A program made the translations under genes and the position numbers. DNA of 64,000 nt from Candidatus Micrarchaeota archaeon (GTDB taxonomy: Archaea > Micrarchaeota > Micrarchaeia > Anstonellales > Bilamarchaeaceae). The notes under the pieces were generated by a model that was not told the DNA's origin, searched no databases, and saw only the letters and a program-made list of their open reading frames with translations. Each line of letters begins with the position of its first letter. Within the stretch, counting starts at the first letter, position 1. Where the stretch lies: the NCBI GenBank assembly GCA_043827025.1, contig JBDRPL010000010.1:18837-82836 (forward strand). The letters are read 5' to 3'. Below, piece by piece: positions 1 to 9,573 of this stretch.

Positions 1-583
1 ATCTGAACAGAGTCCTTGCGCTTATTTTCAATTCCCTTATGAATCTTGTTTCCTGCTTTTCTGCGTCTTGGAGAGGATGGATTATTGTTTCGCCGATTCG
101 CTGGTAAAGTCCTGGAATTGTTTGCAGATGCTCCCTGTCAACCTCTGTTCCTCTTGCCTTGCATTCGTCAACATGTTCGCAGAATCTCCTGAAGCTCATC
201 AATCCCGAACCTGCGAAGAAAAAGTCTGCGCCAGTATGCAGTAGCGCAGCTTCTGCCAATCCTTCTGGAACAGGGCCACCTATTGCATAGATCGCATCAG
301 AATTAAGCTCTTTCACATATTGGACATTTGATTTGACAGTATGCCCTTTTGGAATTTTCCCAGGAGGCACTGCCAATTCATCAACATACAATGTGGAACA
401 AACAATTTCTGCAGAAGCAACTTCTTCAAAACCTGCAGAATTCATGTCTCGGTATTCAAGTTTTCCAATCTGCCTCCAACCAAGTTTTGGCTGTTCAGAG
501 AGCATTGCATCTAGCAATACTGGAACAAAGTTCTCTCTGTTCGTTTTCGAATCGGATTGTGGCAGGAATAGTACTTGGAGCAT
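1..583 (-). CDS. Partial ORF running off the window edge; resembles the N-terminal B12-binding domain of radical SAM proteins
   Basis: Manual translation from ATG at 583 is open to position 1: MLQVLFLPQSD...AIYAIGGPVPE...ADFFFAGSG...TIPGLYQR. The GGP / AD..F.G / IPGL pattern is typical of B12-binding domains; no CxxxCxxC is inside the window. Confidence 0.5.
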   Translation of the reverse strand, partial: MLQVLFLPQSDSKTNRENFVPVLLDAMLSEQPKLGWRQIGKLEYRDMNSAGFEEVASAEIVCSTLYVDELAVPPGKIPKGHTVKSNVQYVKELNSDAIYAIGGPVPEGLAEAALLHTGADFFFAGSGLMSFRRFCEHVDECKARGTEVDREHLQTIPGLYQRIGETIIHPLQDAEKQETRFIRELKISARTLFR

Positions 584-628
584 TTTTATCTGTTTTTTAA
601 TTGTTGCAAAAAGTTTATAAATGAGGCA

Positions 629-1636
629 TTACTTTCTAACCTTTAGATCTATGACTATCTGATTAACCTTCGGAGCATATGGTCTCACAATTTTCCAATT
701 TAATATCTCGACCTTCACTCTTTCGCGCTCAGCAGCCTTCTTTACTATATTAATTGCCTTGTCTGGCATATCTTTCAAATCAACCATTGCGTAAAAGTGA
801 ATTATGCATCCGTTTTTCGCAGCTGAGAATGCAACATCTAAAAAGTCTTCAGCAGAATGCGGAAGCGGCATTGCAATCCTGTCAGCACAGTTCCTTGGCG
901 TGACTTTTCGAACATCACCTTCAATCACCTGTACATTGGCCAATTTATTGAGCTTCACGTTCTCGCGCATGTATCTTACAGCATCAGGATTCAATTCAAT
1001 CGCAATCAACTTTGCATCAGGATTTTGTTTTCCTATTACAAGTGCAAACGGTCCGACACCTGCGAACATTATCATTATATTCTCAGCTCTGCCACCAACA
1101 ATATCTGCAATTCGTTTTCTTTCGGTTGCCAGCCTAGGTGAAAAGTAAACCTTTGCAACATCGAGTTTCATTGAGCAGCCATGTTCTTTGTAAATAGTTT
1201 CTGTAGTCTCAATTCCAGCAATGTGCTTCAACTCGCGAACGCGATACTCACCTTTCATTGCACTCATTTTCTTGTAAACAGAATGGATGCTCTTATGGAC
1301 TTTCATTATCGCGTTTGCAATTTCTTTTTCTCTGCCAGTCATTTTTTCCGGTATCTCTACAATCGCAATATCTCCTATCATGTCGAATGAGCTTATTGAT
1401 TCTTTTAGAATTTGACCTATACTTTCAGGTCTTTTTACTTTGGTGCCTCTTCGTTTTATTATCTCAAGTCCATCCTTTCCATCTGTTTCTTTAGCTTCTT
1501 TAGTAACTGGAAAGAAAACAAAATCGCCTTCGGAAAACGCAAGATAATTCTTGTCATACTTCTGCCTGTCAACCAGCTTCTTCCTGGTCCTTTCGGCATC
1601 TTTCTTATGGACTTTGATGAACAACATTTGTTTCAC
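629..1636 (-). CDS. trm5: tRNA (guanine37-N1)-methyltransferase, Trm5/Met-10 family
   Basis: SFDMIGDIAIV, KVYFSPRLATER, MFAGVGPF, IELNPDA motifs. Confidence 0.9.
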   Translation of the reverse strand: MKQMLFIKVHKKDAERTRKKLVDRQKYDKNYLAFSEGDFVFFPVTKEAKETDGKDGLEIIKRRGTKVKRPESIGQILKESISSFDMIGDIAIVEIPEKMTGREKEIANAIMKVHKSIHSVYKKMSAMKGEYRVRELKHIAGIETTETIYKEHGCSMKLDVAKVYFSPRLATERKRIADIVGGRAENIMIMFAGVGPFALVIGKQNPDAKLIAIELNPDAVRYMRENVKLNKLANVQVIEGDVRKVTPRNCADRIAMPLPHSAEDFLDVAFSAAKNGCIIHFYAMVDLKDMPDKAINIVKKAAERERVKVEILNWKIVRPYAPKVNQIVIDLKVRK

Positions 1637-1744
1637 GCTTGGTTTATATATCTCTTAGGATGATTTAAACTTGATTTTAATGGAGAGTTTCATTCATTTT
1701 CTGAAAGAACAAATTTAAATTTTTATTCTAACATTAAAAAAGGT

Positions 1745-2158
1745 ATGGTAATTAAGTTCAACACAAAAATTCCGCTATATGAGTTGGAAGAATATCTCAG
1801 AACAATGCTTGAAGGAATTAGGCCAATTATCCACATTGGAACTGTTGATCGACAAACAAAGGCAGGAAAGGTGGTAAAAGTAAGCGAAATGGACGCCGGT
1901 GAAATCGACAGAAGAGCTGCAAAATTCTATCCTCATATACGAGAAGCATTAGGCAAAAAAGAAGTTTATGATGCATTCATAAAGAAACTGGTGGATCAAA
2001 AAGAAGGATTCGAAGGGGTTTTGAGGATGACTCTGCCTCAAGGCCAGATTAGGGTTGAACTCTCTAAAGACAGAGAAGGAATTGACATATTTCTTCCAAA
2101 AGATAGAGTCGGAACAGTAAGGGCGCGGATTTACATCGACGATCAGGACAACATGTAG
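1745..2158 (+). CDS. Hypothetical protein (possibly the 5' part of a gene interrupted by TAG)
   Basis: 137-aa ORF after an AT-rich promoter-like region; in frame with the next ORF. Confidence 0.5.
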   Translation: MVIKFNTKIPLYELEEYLRTMLEGIRPIIHIGTVDRQTKAGKVVKVSEMDAGEIDRRAAKFYPHIREALGKKEVYDAFIKKLVDQKEGFEGVLRMTLPQGQIRVELSKDREGIDIFLPKDRVGTVRARIYIDDQDNM

Positions 2159-2200
2159 GTACATACCAAAACAAGAATAGATTGTATAAATACAGGTCAA

Positions 2201-2557
2201 ATGATCGCATTCATTGCAAAACACAAGGAAGGCCAGGTCGAGGGTATCAAGGAAGAATTGGCGCGTGATAAGACTAATTTCGCTATTTTTGATTATCTTC
2301 GAATGACTCAGAAATACGAAAAGCTTGATGATCTTCAAAGGCAAAAGCTTCGTGATTTATTATATGGCAAACTAGATGTTCAAGTAGAAAACGGAGTAAC
2401 TTATGTGACGAATATGAGTAAATCTCCCGAAAAAAGGACAGTTACTATCACAGAGCTATTTCATGTGACTGCAGATGGGCAAATCATTCTTGATTTTCCA
2501 AAGTCAGAGACAACTGACCTAGAAGAATACATCAGAAGATCGAGAATATCTAAGTAG
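2201..2557 (+). CDS. Hypothetical protein (possibly the 3' part of the same gene)
   Basis: 118-aa ORF in the same frame as 1745-2158, separated by one TAG and 14 sense codons. Confidence 0.5.
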   Translation: MIAFIAKHKEGQVEGIKEELARDKTNFAIFDYLRMTQKYEKLDDLQRQKLRDLLYGKLDVQVENGVTYVTNMSKSPEKRTVTITELFHVTADGQIILDFPKSETTDLEEYIRRSRISK

Positions 2558-2559
2558 TT

Positions 2560-5316
2560 CTATTCAACATCCAACTTAATCGCTGGTTTCCCCGGGAGTG
2601 CGTTCTTCGCTTTTGGCTCTGCACCAGCTTTGTCCTCAAGCATTACCCTGACCTCACAGGAATATTCCTTCTCAAAGAATTCCTTTGCATCCTTAAGCGC
2701 ATCCATCTCGCTTTCTTCTGTTGGAGGCACAGGAAGTGCATAAACATTTTTTATGGTCTGCTTCACAATGCGCTGGACTTCTCCCATGTTCATCTTTTTC
2801 GCAGATGCAATCTTCATTATCTTGTCCAAAGCCTTTTCTTCACGCATTATTACCTGAAGATCTCGTTTCCATTGGGATGCGACATATATTTCGATTGATT
2901 TTATTTTCTGTGTCGAATCCTTGATCACGAATCCTTTTATCCTGTCAATATCCTCTTTCATCTGTTTTACTGCGTTCTCAGCATCCTCTATTTCTTTGCT
3001 AATCTCCCTATCATCACATTCTGGGAACTTCTGTTCGCAACAGAATCCCTTGCCACCAAGCATGCTCCAGAATTCTTCGGCATGGAATGGCATGAATGGG
3101 GAAATCAATAGAGTCCATTTTTTGAAGAATGATTCGAGCCTCGGCTCCTTTGCCCTTTTCAGGTACCAGGAAAGGTCAGCATGTATGTCATAGAATATCT
3201 CAAGTGCTAGTTCCCTAAGCGCAAGGTTTGGATAAAGCTCATTCGCCTTTCTTATCTTTCGATTAAGTCGAGACATTAACCATTTGTCGATTTGTCCAGG
3301 TTTGGCCTTGCCCTTTTCTTTTGAAGCTAATTCCATCAATCGTGAAAAGAATTCCAATCTTGTTTTCGTTCCTTCAGCAACGCTCTTGTTGAAATCCGTG
3401 TCCTGAGTAAGGTCTGCTCCGCTTACTGTTGAGAATCGAACCACATCTGCTCCGAATTCCTTTATTGCCTTTCTTAGTGGAAGGATGTTACCCATGCTCT
3501 TGCTCATCTTCTTTCCATCCATCAAAACAAATCCGTTCGTAACAATCTGTTTAGGCCAGTTTTTCTTTTCAAATATGGCAACATGGTTGAATATGTAGAA
3601 TGGAAGGTGGTTCCTCACAAGGTCAGCACCGCTGTGCCTTGAATCGCATGGATACCAATACGAAAAACTCTGGCGGAGTTTTTCGAGTTTTGGGTTCCAG
3701 GTCTTGTGTTTTGTTTCCTCTCCTAGGAACACGTAATCAAAGAATTCATCGCCCATCTCGCTTTCATCGACTTCTCCAAGAAGGTGGGAAATCGTATAGA
3801 ATGCCATGTAAATTGTGCTGTCAGACAATGCCTCTATGACCAGTTTCTCGTCAAAGGGGAATTTGGTCCCAAGCCCTCTGCTGCGGGCGCAAGGCTTTTG
3901 CTTGAACCAGTTGATCGCATATTCATATTCGCTTCTTGTTTTTTCAGGGATTATGGTCATTTTCCCAAGGCATTCTTCCGCCTTCTTCTTCCATTCCACA
4001 ATTCCATAGTCAATGAACCATTGGTCGATTATATTGACAATTACCTCGGCTCCGCATCTGCACCGCACCGGCTTGTTGCTTATTTCCCATAATATGACAG
4101 CCTGCTTCTTTGCAAACATCTCATTCTTTGTTTTTTCAATTGCAACAGAAACCTTTTCACCAGAATGCGGTCCTGCGACCATAATTCCCGTCAGTATCTC
4201 TTTCTTGTAGACCTCCTTTACTATATCCTCTATTTTAGGATCATGTTGGTCCTTCACGCCCATCTTTTCAAGGAGTTCAAGAGCCATGAATTTGTAGCCT
4301 TCAACTTTTATAATCGGGGTATAATCCAATTTTATTCCAAGATCAACAAGTCCCATGTGGTCATAAGGCGCATGGGAAGGCACGCTCATCACGATTCCTG
4401 TGCCGACATCATCCTTCACATATTCTGCCTTGTAGATTGGGACCTCCTCCCCAGTCACGATATTTTTCGCTTTTCTGCCAACCATTTCTTTTCCATAGAA
4501 CTCTTTAATCACCTGAAGCTCGAATCCTTGCGAATTCATCTTGTCGCATGTCTTTTTTGAAATATAGTATATGTCGCCGGTTTTCTTGCTCATTGCCTTT
4601 ACATGCTCTGTAGATGGATTGACCCAGATATTGGTGACGCCATATATTGTTTCAGGCCTAAGCGTTGCTGTGAGTATGAAACCATCTTCATATCCGAATT
4701 TAATTGCTGTAAATTCCTTTAGTTCTGGATCAACATCTCCCTTAGTGTCATGGCCACCAACTGCCTGGTTATCTACAGGGCACCATGCAATAGGGTATTT
4801 GCCCTGCACTATGTAGCCTAGTTTCTTCAATCTTCTGAACTGCCATTGGATGAACCTGTTGAATTTTTTGTCAGAACTGTAGAATTTCCTTCTCCAATCT
4901 ATGCTATAGCCCATCTCATGCATTCCTACTTCTATCTCCTTTGAGAAGTACATCACCAAGTCTTCAGGCTTTGTAAGCTTTGCAGCTGTTTTTCGATCGA
5001 TGCCATAGATGTTTTCAAACACCGAAAGCACTTCTTCATCTTTGTCTGCTATTCTTTTGGCCATGGCGATTATAGGGGTTCCAGTGACATGAAAGCCCAT
5101 TGGAAACAGTGTGCAATATCCTTTCATTCTTAGAAAACGGGCATAGATGTCTGCAGTCGTATATGTCCTTCCATGGCCTATGTGCTGGGGTGAATTGGGA
5201 TATGGAAATGCAGCAGTTATCATCTTCTTTTCTTTTTTGGAGGGTTCTGGGTTGTAAACATTTTCAGCATTCCATTTCTTGGCCCATTTTTCTTCTATTT
5301 TAGTATGCATAAACAT
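2560..5316 (-). CDS. leuS: Leucine--tRNA ligase (archaeal type)
   Basis: AFPYPNSPQHIGH, TLRPET, GTGIVMSVPSHAPYD editing domain, KMSKS. Confidence 0.97.
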   Translation of the reverse strand: MFMHTKIEEKWAKKWNAENVYNPEPSKKEKKMITAAFPYPNSPQHIGHGRTYTTADIYARFLRMKGYCTLFPMGFHVTGTPIIAMAKRIADKDEEVLSVFENIYGIDRKTAAKLTKPEDLVMYFSKEIEVGMHEMGYSIDWRRKFYSSDKKFNRFIQWQFRRLKKLGYIVQGKYPIAWCPVDNQAVGGHDTKGDVDPELKEFTAIKFGYEDGFILTATLRPETIYGVTNIWVNPSTEHVKAMSKKTGDIYYISKKTCDKMNSQGFELQVIKEFYGKEMVGRKAKNIVTGEEVPIYKAEYVKDDVGTGIVMSVPSHAPYDHMGLVDLGIKLDYTPIIKVEGYKFMALELLEKMGVKDQHDPKIEDIVKEVYKKEILTGIMVAGPHSGEKVSVAIEKTKNEMFAKKQAVILWEISNKPVRCRCGAEVIVNIIDQWFIDYGIVEWKKKAEECLGKMTIIPEKTRSEYEYAINWFKQKPCARSRGLGTKFPFDEKLVIEALSDSTIYMAFYTISHLLGEVDESEMGDEFFDYVFLGEETKHKTWNPKLEKLRQSFSYWYPCDSRHSGADLVRNHLPFYIFNHVAIFEKKNWPKQIVTNGFVLMDGKKMSKSMGNILPLRKAIKEFGADVVRFSTVSGADLTQDTDFNKSVAEGTKTRLEFFSRLMELASKEKGKAKPGQIDKWLMSRLNRKIRKANELYPNLALRELALEIFYDIHADLSWYLKRAKEPRLESFFKKWTLLISPFMPFHAEEFWSMLGGKGFCCEQKFPECDDREISKEIEDAENAVKQMKEDIDRIKGFVIKDSTQKIKSIEIYVASQWKRDLQVIMREEKALDKIMKIASAKKMNMGEVQRIVKQTIKNVYALPVPPTEESEMDALKDAKEFFEKEYSCEVRVMLEDKAGAEPKAKNALPGKPAIKLDVE

Positions 5317-5352
5317 TACCTTACGATTAGTGGCTTCTTTTCCGGAAAAACT

Positions 5353-5545
5353 ATGGGGACTTAGCTTTTTATAGCTAACCCATACCCCGTGTTTTCCTTA
5401 AAAAATAGTTGGGGGTGGTCAGAAGGCCCGATTGACTAAACGTCAATGGGCACAGTGAACGAAGTTCACTTGTGGTGCGTGGAAATGGGAGGGGGAACGG
5501 CCCCCTCGCGTTTTCGCATGGGGACTTAGCTTTTTATAGTTAACC
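5353..5545. repeat. 28-bp direct repeat (5353-5380 and 5518-5545, one mismatch) flanking a 137-bp GC-rich hairpin-containing spacer
   Basis: atggggacttagctttttatagctaacc versus atggggacttagctttttatagttaacc; each copy has a TATA-like ttttata; lies between divergent leuS and the membrane operon. Confidence 0.9.
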
Positions 5546-5561
5546 TGATTAGATATTATGC

Positions 5562-6821
5562 ATGTTATTCCCAGTGGCACAGCTAGTTATAAGTGGTCCC
5601 GTGTGGGGCAACATACTAGTTGCACTGATGTTTGGGGTAATTTTAACTTCGTTGACTTATTTTGTAGGTGCTATAACCCAAAGCCCTAAGATTAATGCGG
5701 CTGCAAAAGAAGAGCTTATTGCCCTTGTTTTCAGTATGGTAATAATAGGTTCATTTGCATTTGTGCTTGCAACCCTGAGCCAGGTAACTGCAGCCATATT
5801 TGCGGATGCAACTCATGATGCAGGCTTTGATCCTGCCCATGTTGCCAGTGGCGGGATGATAAATTCTCATTTTGACCTTGCAAGTTCTGCCCTGGACATT
5901 TTGTTTGTGAAACTCAAGAGCATATACGCAAGCCTTTATCTTTATGATGTCCTCATAGGTTTCCTTTCAACAATGTCATTTCCTCTTGGAAATCCTATGC
6001 CATTTCTTGCGCTCATTACATTTTCATTCATGCCTTTTGATGGATTGGTGCTTCTTGTTAATGCCCATACTATAGTTGTGGAAGCAGTTGGCTACCTTAT
6101 AACTGTGGTAATGGCAAAGCAGTCATTACTGATTTTTTCGCGGGATGTTGTCATAGCACTATTGCTTCCCCTTGGGCTTGTGATGCGCGCATTCCCCTGG
6201 CTGAGGATGACTGGTTCGAGCCTCATAGCGTTTTCTGTAACTCTTTATTTTATTTATCCGCTTACATTACTGCTTTCCAATTACATGATATTTGATGTCT
6301 ACAAACCAGTTGACTTTGTCTATTCACCAAACCAGAAAATGCTTTCATTTTTCGGTTCTGATAGTGACAGTAAAATTCCCGATGACACTATAACAGAACT
6401 TGAAAAGCTTACCGAACGCTCTGGAGAGGTTATGCATACCATGGCTGTTGAACCCGAGCATGATTGCTCGGGGTCTACCTTCGCATTTCTCTGCAACCTT
6501 AAATATTATGCTTCGATGGTTTGGAGTGGTGTCACAGGATTTGCCGGGACTGTGTGGAATGTCTCGAAATTCATGTGGGGTTTTGGAGGGGATTATTTGG
6601 GCTATTTCTTTGGGAGCAAGGGAGGCCCGGCTTCTTTTGGTTCCACTGTTTCAGGGCTTTATAAATTCGTTATTGAGGAAGTTGTGACTGTATCGCAGTT
6701 TATAGTGCTTATAACAATAACTTCGGTGATAGAGATAATAATCACTGTTACTATGTACAGGAACATAGCATTGCTGATCGGAGGAGAGGTTGAAATTGCA
6801 GGCCTTACGAAACTGGTGTAA
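5562..6821 (+). CDS. Multi-pass membrane protein, CedA/VirB6-like paralog 1
   Basis: LGLVMRAFPWLRMTGSSLIAFSVTLYFIYP; C-terminus GGEVEIAGLTKLV. Confidence 0.6.
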   Translation: MLFPVAQLVISGPVWGNILVALMFGVILTSLTYFVGAITQSPKINAAAKEELIALVFSMVIIGSFAFVLATLSQVTAAIFADATHDAGFDPAHVASGGMINSHFDLASSALDILFVKLKSIYASLYLYDVLIGFLSTMSFPLGNPMPFLALITFSFMPFDGLVLLVNAHTIVVEAVGYLITVVMAKQSLLIFSRDVVIALLLPLGLVMRAFPWLRMTGSSLIAFSVTLYFIYPLTLLLSNYMIFDVYKPVDFVYSPNQKMLSFFGSDSDSKIPDDTITELEKLTERSGEVMHTMAVEPEHDCSGSTFAFLCNLKYYASMVWSGVTGFAGTVWNVSKFMWGFGGDYLGYFFGSKGGPASFGSTVSGLYKFVIEEVVTVSQFIVLITITSVIEIIITVTMYRNIALLIGGEVEIAGLTKLV

Positions 6822-6823
6822 TC

Positions 6824-8110
6824 ATGAAAAAACTCTCCATAATATTTATCTTGTTGTTGTTCGCAGGCTTGCTTTTTGCAGCAGTTGATTTCAACCAGAG
6901 TCTCACAGATGTGCGTGATCTTATTGAGGGAATGGTAACGCAGCTCCTTCCTATTTTGGCCTTGACAATGGTTGTTTTCGCAGCTTTTGTATACCTCGCG
7001 GGCAGTATAGGTGATTCGTCAACTAGAGCAAGGGCAAGTGTTTGGGCAAACGCATTCTTGGTCTCGGCAGTCGTCTCAATACTGCTTTATATGGTATTGA
7101 TAGCTTTCTTTGAGCAGGTGTTTAAGGACCTACCGCCTGAGATACAATTATATCAAAACATTTTTCTTGCAGTAGTCACCGTCCTGACAGGAATAATTGT
7201 AATCGCATATGGGATCTCTAGTGTCCTTAACAATTCTGAGTGGAAGGCCTATTGGGGCCATGAGATTTCGCAACTCGTTGCATCAGTACTCATACTTTTT
7301 TTTGCATTGGCATTCTTCGTCACAGTGAATGCATTCTCTTCAAGCATGACTACATCTATAACTGGAATCAATGAGGCTACTGCGCCTCTTGCTGCAAATG
7401 CCTTTCTTGAGAGGATACTTCTTAAGAACATAGCTCCTGCAATCGACGATCTTTTCAAGCTTCAGCTCTGTCTTTCGCACCTAAGCACATTCCAGAGAAG
7501 AATTGGCGAGTATGTGCTTACGATGACTTACAAATTGTTTCCTGCAGTAGATTCCCTTCTTCAGGTAGTGAATGTGATTTTTTTTGGGTTCGTTGCAGTT
7601 CTGGGAAGCGTTTCGACCCAGATGCTGATCCTTAATATTGTGGATTCCGTAATGATCTATGTGTTGACTGCAGGAGTGATACTTAGGTTCATACCCCCTA
7701 CGCGAGAGGCTGGCGTTTTTCTTATAGCTCTTGCAATAGGTTTTCAGGCAATATTTCCGCTCACCTATATACTTAATATACATGCACTCAGTATTGTTGG
7801 TTTTGCTGATTACACACCACCAATCCAGATAATGACTCTTTGCGGTGCCAAATACATTGCATTTGGGGTCGGAACTGAATTAATCAGTTCAGCTCTTTCA
7901 GGAGTTCCTATCCTTGGTACTGCATGGGCTGCAATTTCGGGTTTGGTTACTGAGCTTCCGATAAACCTTTTGAGCCCCTTGGAATTCACAGTATTCCTGG
8001 AGAATGTTGCATATCTGTCGCTCATAGCGCTTTTCATGCCCGCATTCTCAACGACGATTACGTTTGCATTTATAAATGCGTTCACCAAATTTGTTAATAT
8101 GAAAATGTAG
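6824..8110 (+). CDS. Multi-pass membrane protein, paralog 2, with N-terminal signal peptide and VirB2/pilin-like hairpin
   Basis: AGVILRFIPPTREAGVFLIALAIGFQAIFP; N-terminal LLPILALTMVVFAAFVYLAG...TRARASVWANAFLVSAVV. Confidence 0.6.
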   Translation: MKKLSIIFILLLFAGLLFAAVDFNQSLTDVRDLIEGMVTQLLPILALTMVVFAAFVYLAGSIGDSSTRARASVWANAFLVSAVVSILLYMVLIAFFEQVFKDLPPEIQLYQNIFLAVVTVLTGIIVIAYGISSVLNNSEWKAYWGHEISQLVASVLILFFALAFFVTVNAFSSSMTTSITGINEATAPLAANAFLERILLKNIAPAIDDLFKLQLCLSHLSTFQRRIGEYVLTMTYKLFPAVDSLLQVVNVIFFGFVAVLGSVSTQMLILNIVDSVMIYVLTAGVILRFIPPTREAGVFLIALAIGFQAIFPLTYILNIHALSIVGFADYTPPIQIMTLCGAKYIAFGVGTELISSALSGVPILGTAWAAISGLVTELPINLLSPLEFTVFLENVAYLSLIALFMPAFSTTITFAFINAFTKFVNMKM

Positions 8111-8139
8111 AAAATATGTAGAAATAAAGATGTGGAAAA

Positions 8140-9564
8140 ATGGCTTTGCTATGTCAGGGAAATGTTCCGTATGATTCTGCTGTCCAAGGTGCAGCCCATG
8201 CAATATCCACGTCTACATTGTGGTCTTCAGCCATTCCAATAGCAGCGCTTCTCATGATAATCGGCGTCATCCTTGTAGCCCTGGTTTACATGCTGAGCGG
8301 CATATTTCAGGATGACAAGATGAAGGTCTGGGCAAGGATGGAACTTTTTGAGATCATCTATTCTGCAATAATACTTTGTATGGCTGTTTTTGCAGTAGGG
8401 CTTGCGGATGAGGTCGCACGTTGTGTTTCGCTTGACCCTAATCTATCGCCCACATCCAGGGCACTTTGCGACAATCCAGACGACCCCTTTGGCACTTCTA
8501 CAACTTCTGTTTATAATGGTATCCCATACTGCCACATGAGGATGGCGATTTCATATACGGATACTATATTTGCAGAAACCAATAAATTCGCCCTTTTGCT
8601 TTACGGCAGTTATATCTACACGTCCACATTTGCAGATATGGCTATAAATGTGGAGTTTGTTTTCGAGAAAGCAGGTTTCATGACTTTTAATCCGTTGAGA
8701 GGATTATTTACCATAGGAAATGACATGCGTTCCTTTCTTTTTGATACCCTCATCAAACTAATGCTCGTCACGAAATTCCAGGAAATTCTGCTTGTGTTTA
8801 CTGCAAAGGTGCTTTTCCCATTGCTGTTCATAATCGGTGCAGTGCTGAGGACATTTGCATTTACCAGACGGCTTGGAGGATTGCTAATGGCACTTGCCCT
8901 TGCATTATTCTTCATTTACCCCATGTTCTATGTGTTCGGAATGTTCATCCTAGATTCCCTGAAAACACAGGCAGTGGGATACTGTGTCCATTCTGGCCAG
9001 GGTACATTGGACGAATGCCAAGATTCTGTTTCAGTATTCTCAAATTTCTATAGTGGCGGCAGCGTTCCGCTTATAGGCTCTTTTAATCCTGGGGAACTTG
9101 AAGGTTCAACAAAAGGCAAGAGATCTACTGAGGTATTTGACCCATTTGTCAATGGTATCAATGGAGAAAGTGGATTGCCTAAATTCTATACGCCGCCTCA
9201 TTCCTGCACTGTACCTGTTGATTGCATAGGCGATCCAAAATGTATGGTCGATGAGGGCAATGGAAAGGTCAATTATTGCGAATGCAAGGACTCTGAATGT
9301 AAGCTAAATGATGCAGCAAATGAGAAAATCCAGGGATTCGGAAGCAGTCTACTGCAGGGCTTGACAGAAAGGTCATGGAGCGATTCGCTTTTCATAACTG
9401 ATTTTTCGAAAGATGGGGGATATGTGGACATAACTGCCAGAATTGCGTTCTTTTCAGTTTTCTTTTCATTATTTGGATTGCTTGCAACTATTGCTGGAAT
9501 CAGGAGCATTTCGATGTTCCTTGGTGGGGATCTTGAGATCGCGGGTTTGACGCACCTTATCTGA
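8140..9564 (+). CDS. Multi-pass membrane protein, paralog 3, with Cys-rich soluble loops
   Basis: IGAVLRTFAFTRRLGGLLMALALALFFIYP; C-terminus GGDLEIAGLTHLI. Confidence 0.6.
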   Translation: MALLCQGNVPYDSAVQGAAHAISTSTLWSSAIPIAALLMIIGVILVALVYMLSGIFQDDKMKVWARMELFEIIYSAIILCMAVFAVGLADEVARCVSLDPNLSPTSRALCDNPDDPFGTSTTSVYNGIPYCHMRMAISYTDTIFAETNKFALLLYGSYIYTSTFADMAINVEFVFEKAGFMTFNPLRGLFTIGNDMRSFLFDTLIKLMLVTKFQEILLVFTAKVLFPLLFIIGAVLRTFAFTRRLGGLLMALALALFFIYPMFYVFGMFILDSLKTQAVGYCVHSGQGTLDECQDSVSVFSNFYSGGSVPLIGSFNPGELEGSTKGKRSTEVFDPFVNGINGESGLPKFYTPPHSCTVPVDCIGDPKCMVDEGNGKVNYCECKDSECKLNDAANEKIQGFGSSLLQGLTERSWSDSLFITDFSKDGGYVDITARIAFFSVFFSLFGLLATIAGIRSISMFLGGDLEIAGLTHLI

Positions 9565-9573
9565 TGTGATGCT

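Noticed and set aside
333..620. Plus-strand ORFs 333-620 and 349-600
   Set aside because: Antisense to the longer open minus-strand frame 1-583
2156..2158. Genome-wide TAG recoding
   Set aside because: TAG ends well-defined genes such as leuS at the expected position
5353..5545. Possible mini-CRISPR array
   Set aside because: Only two repeats, a 137-bp spacer and no cas genes in the window
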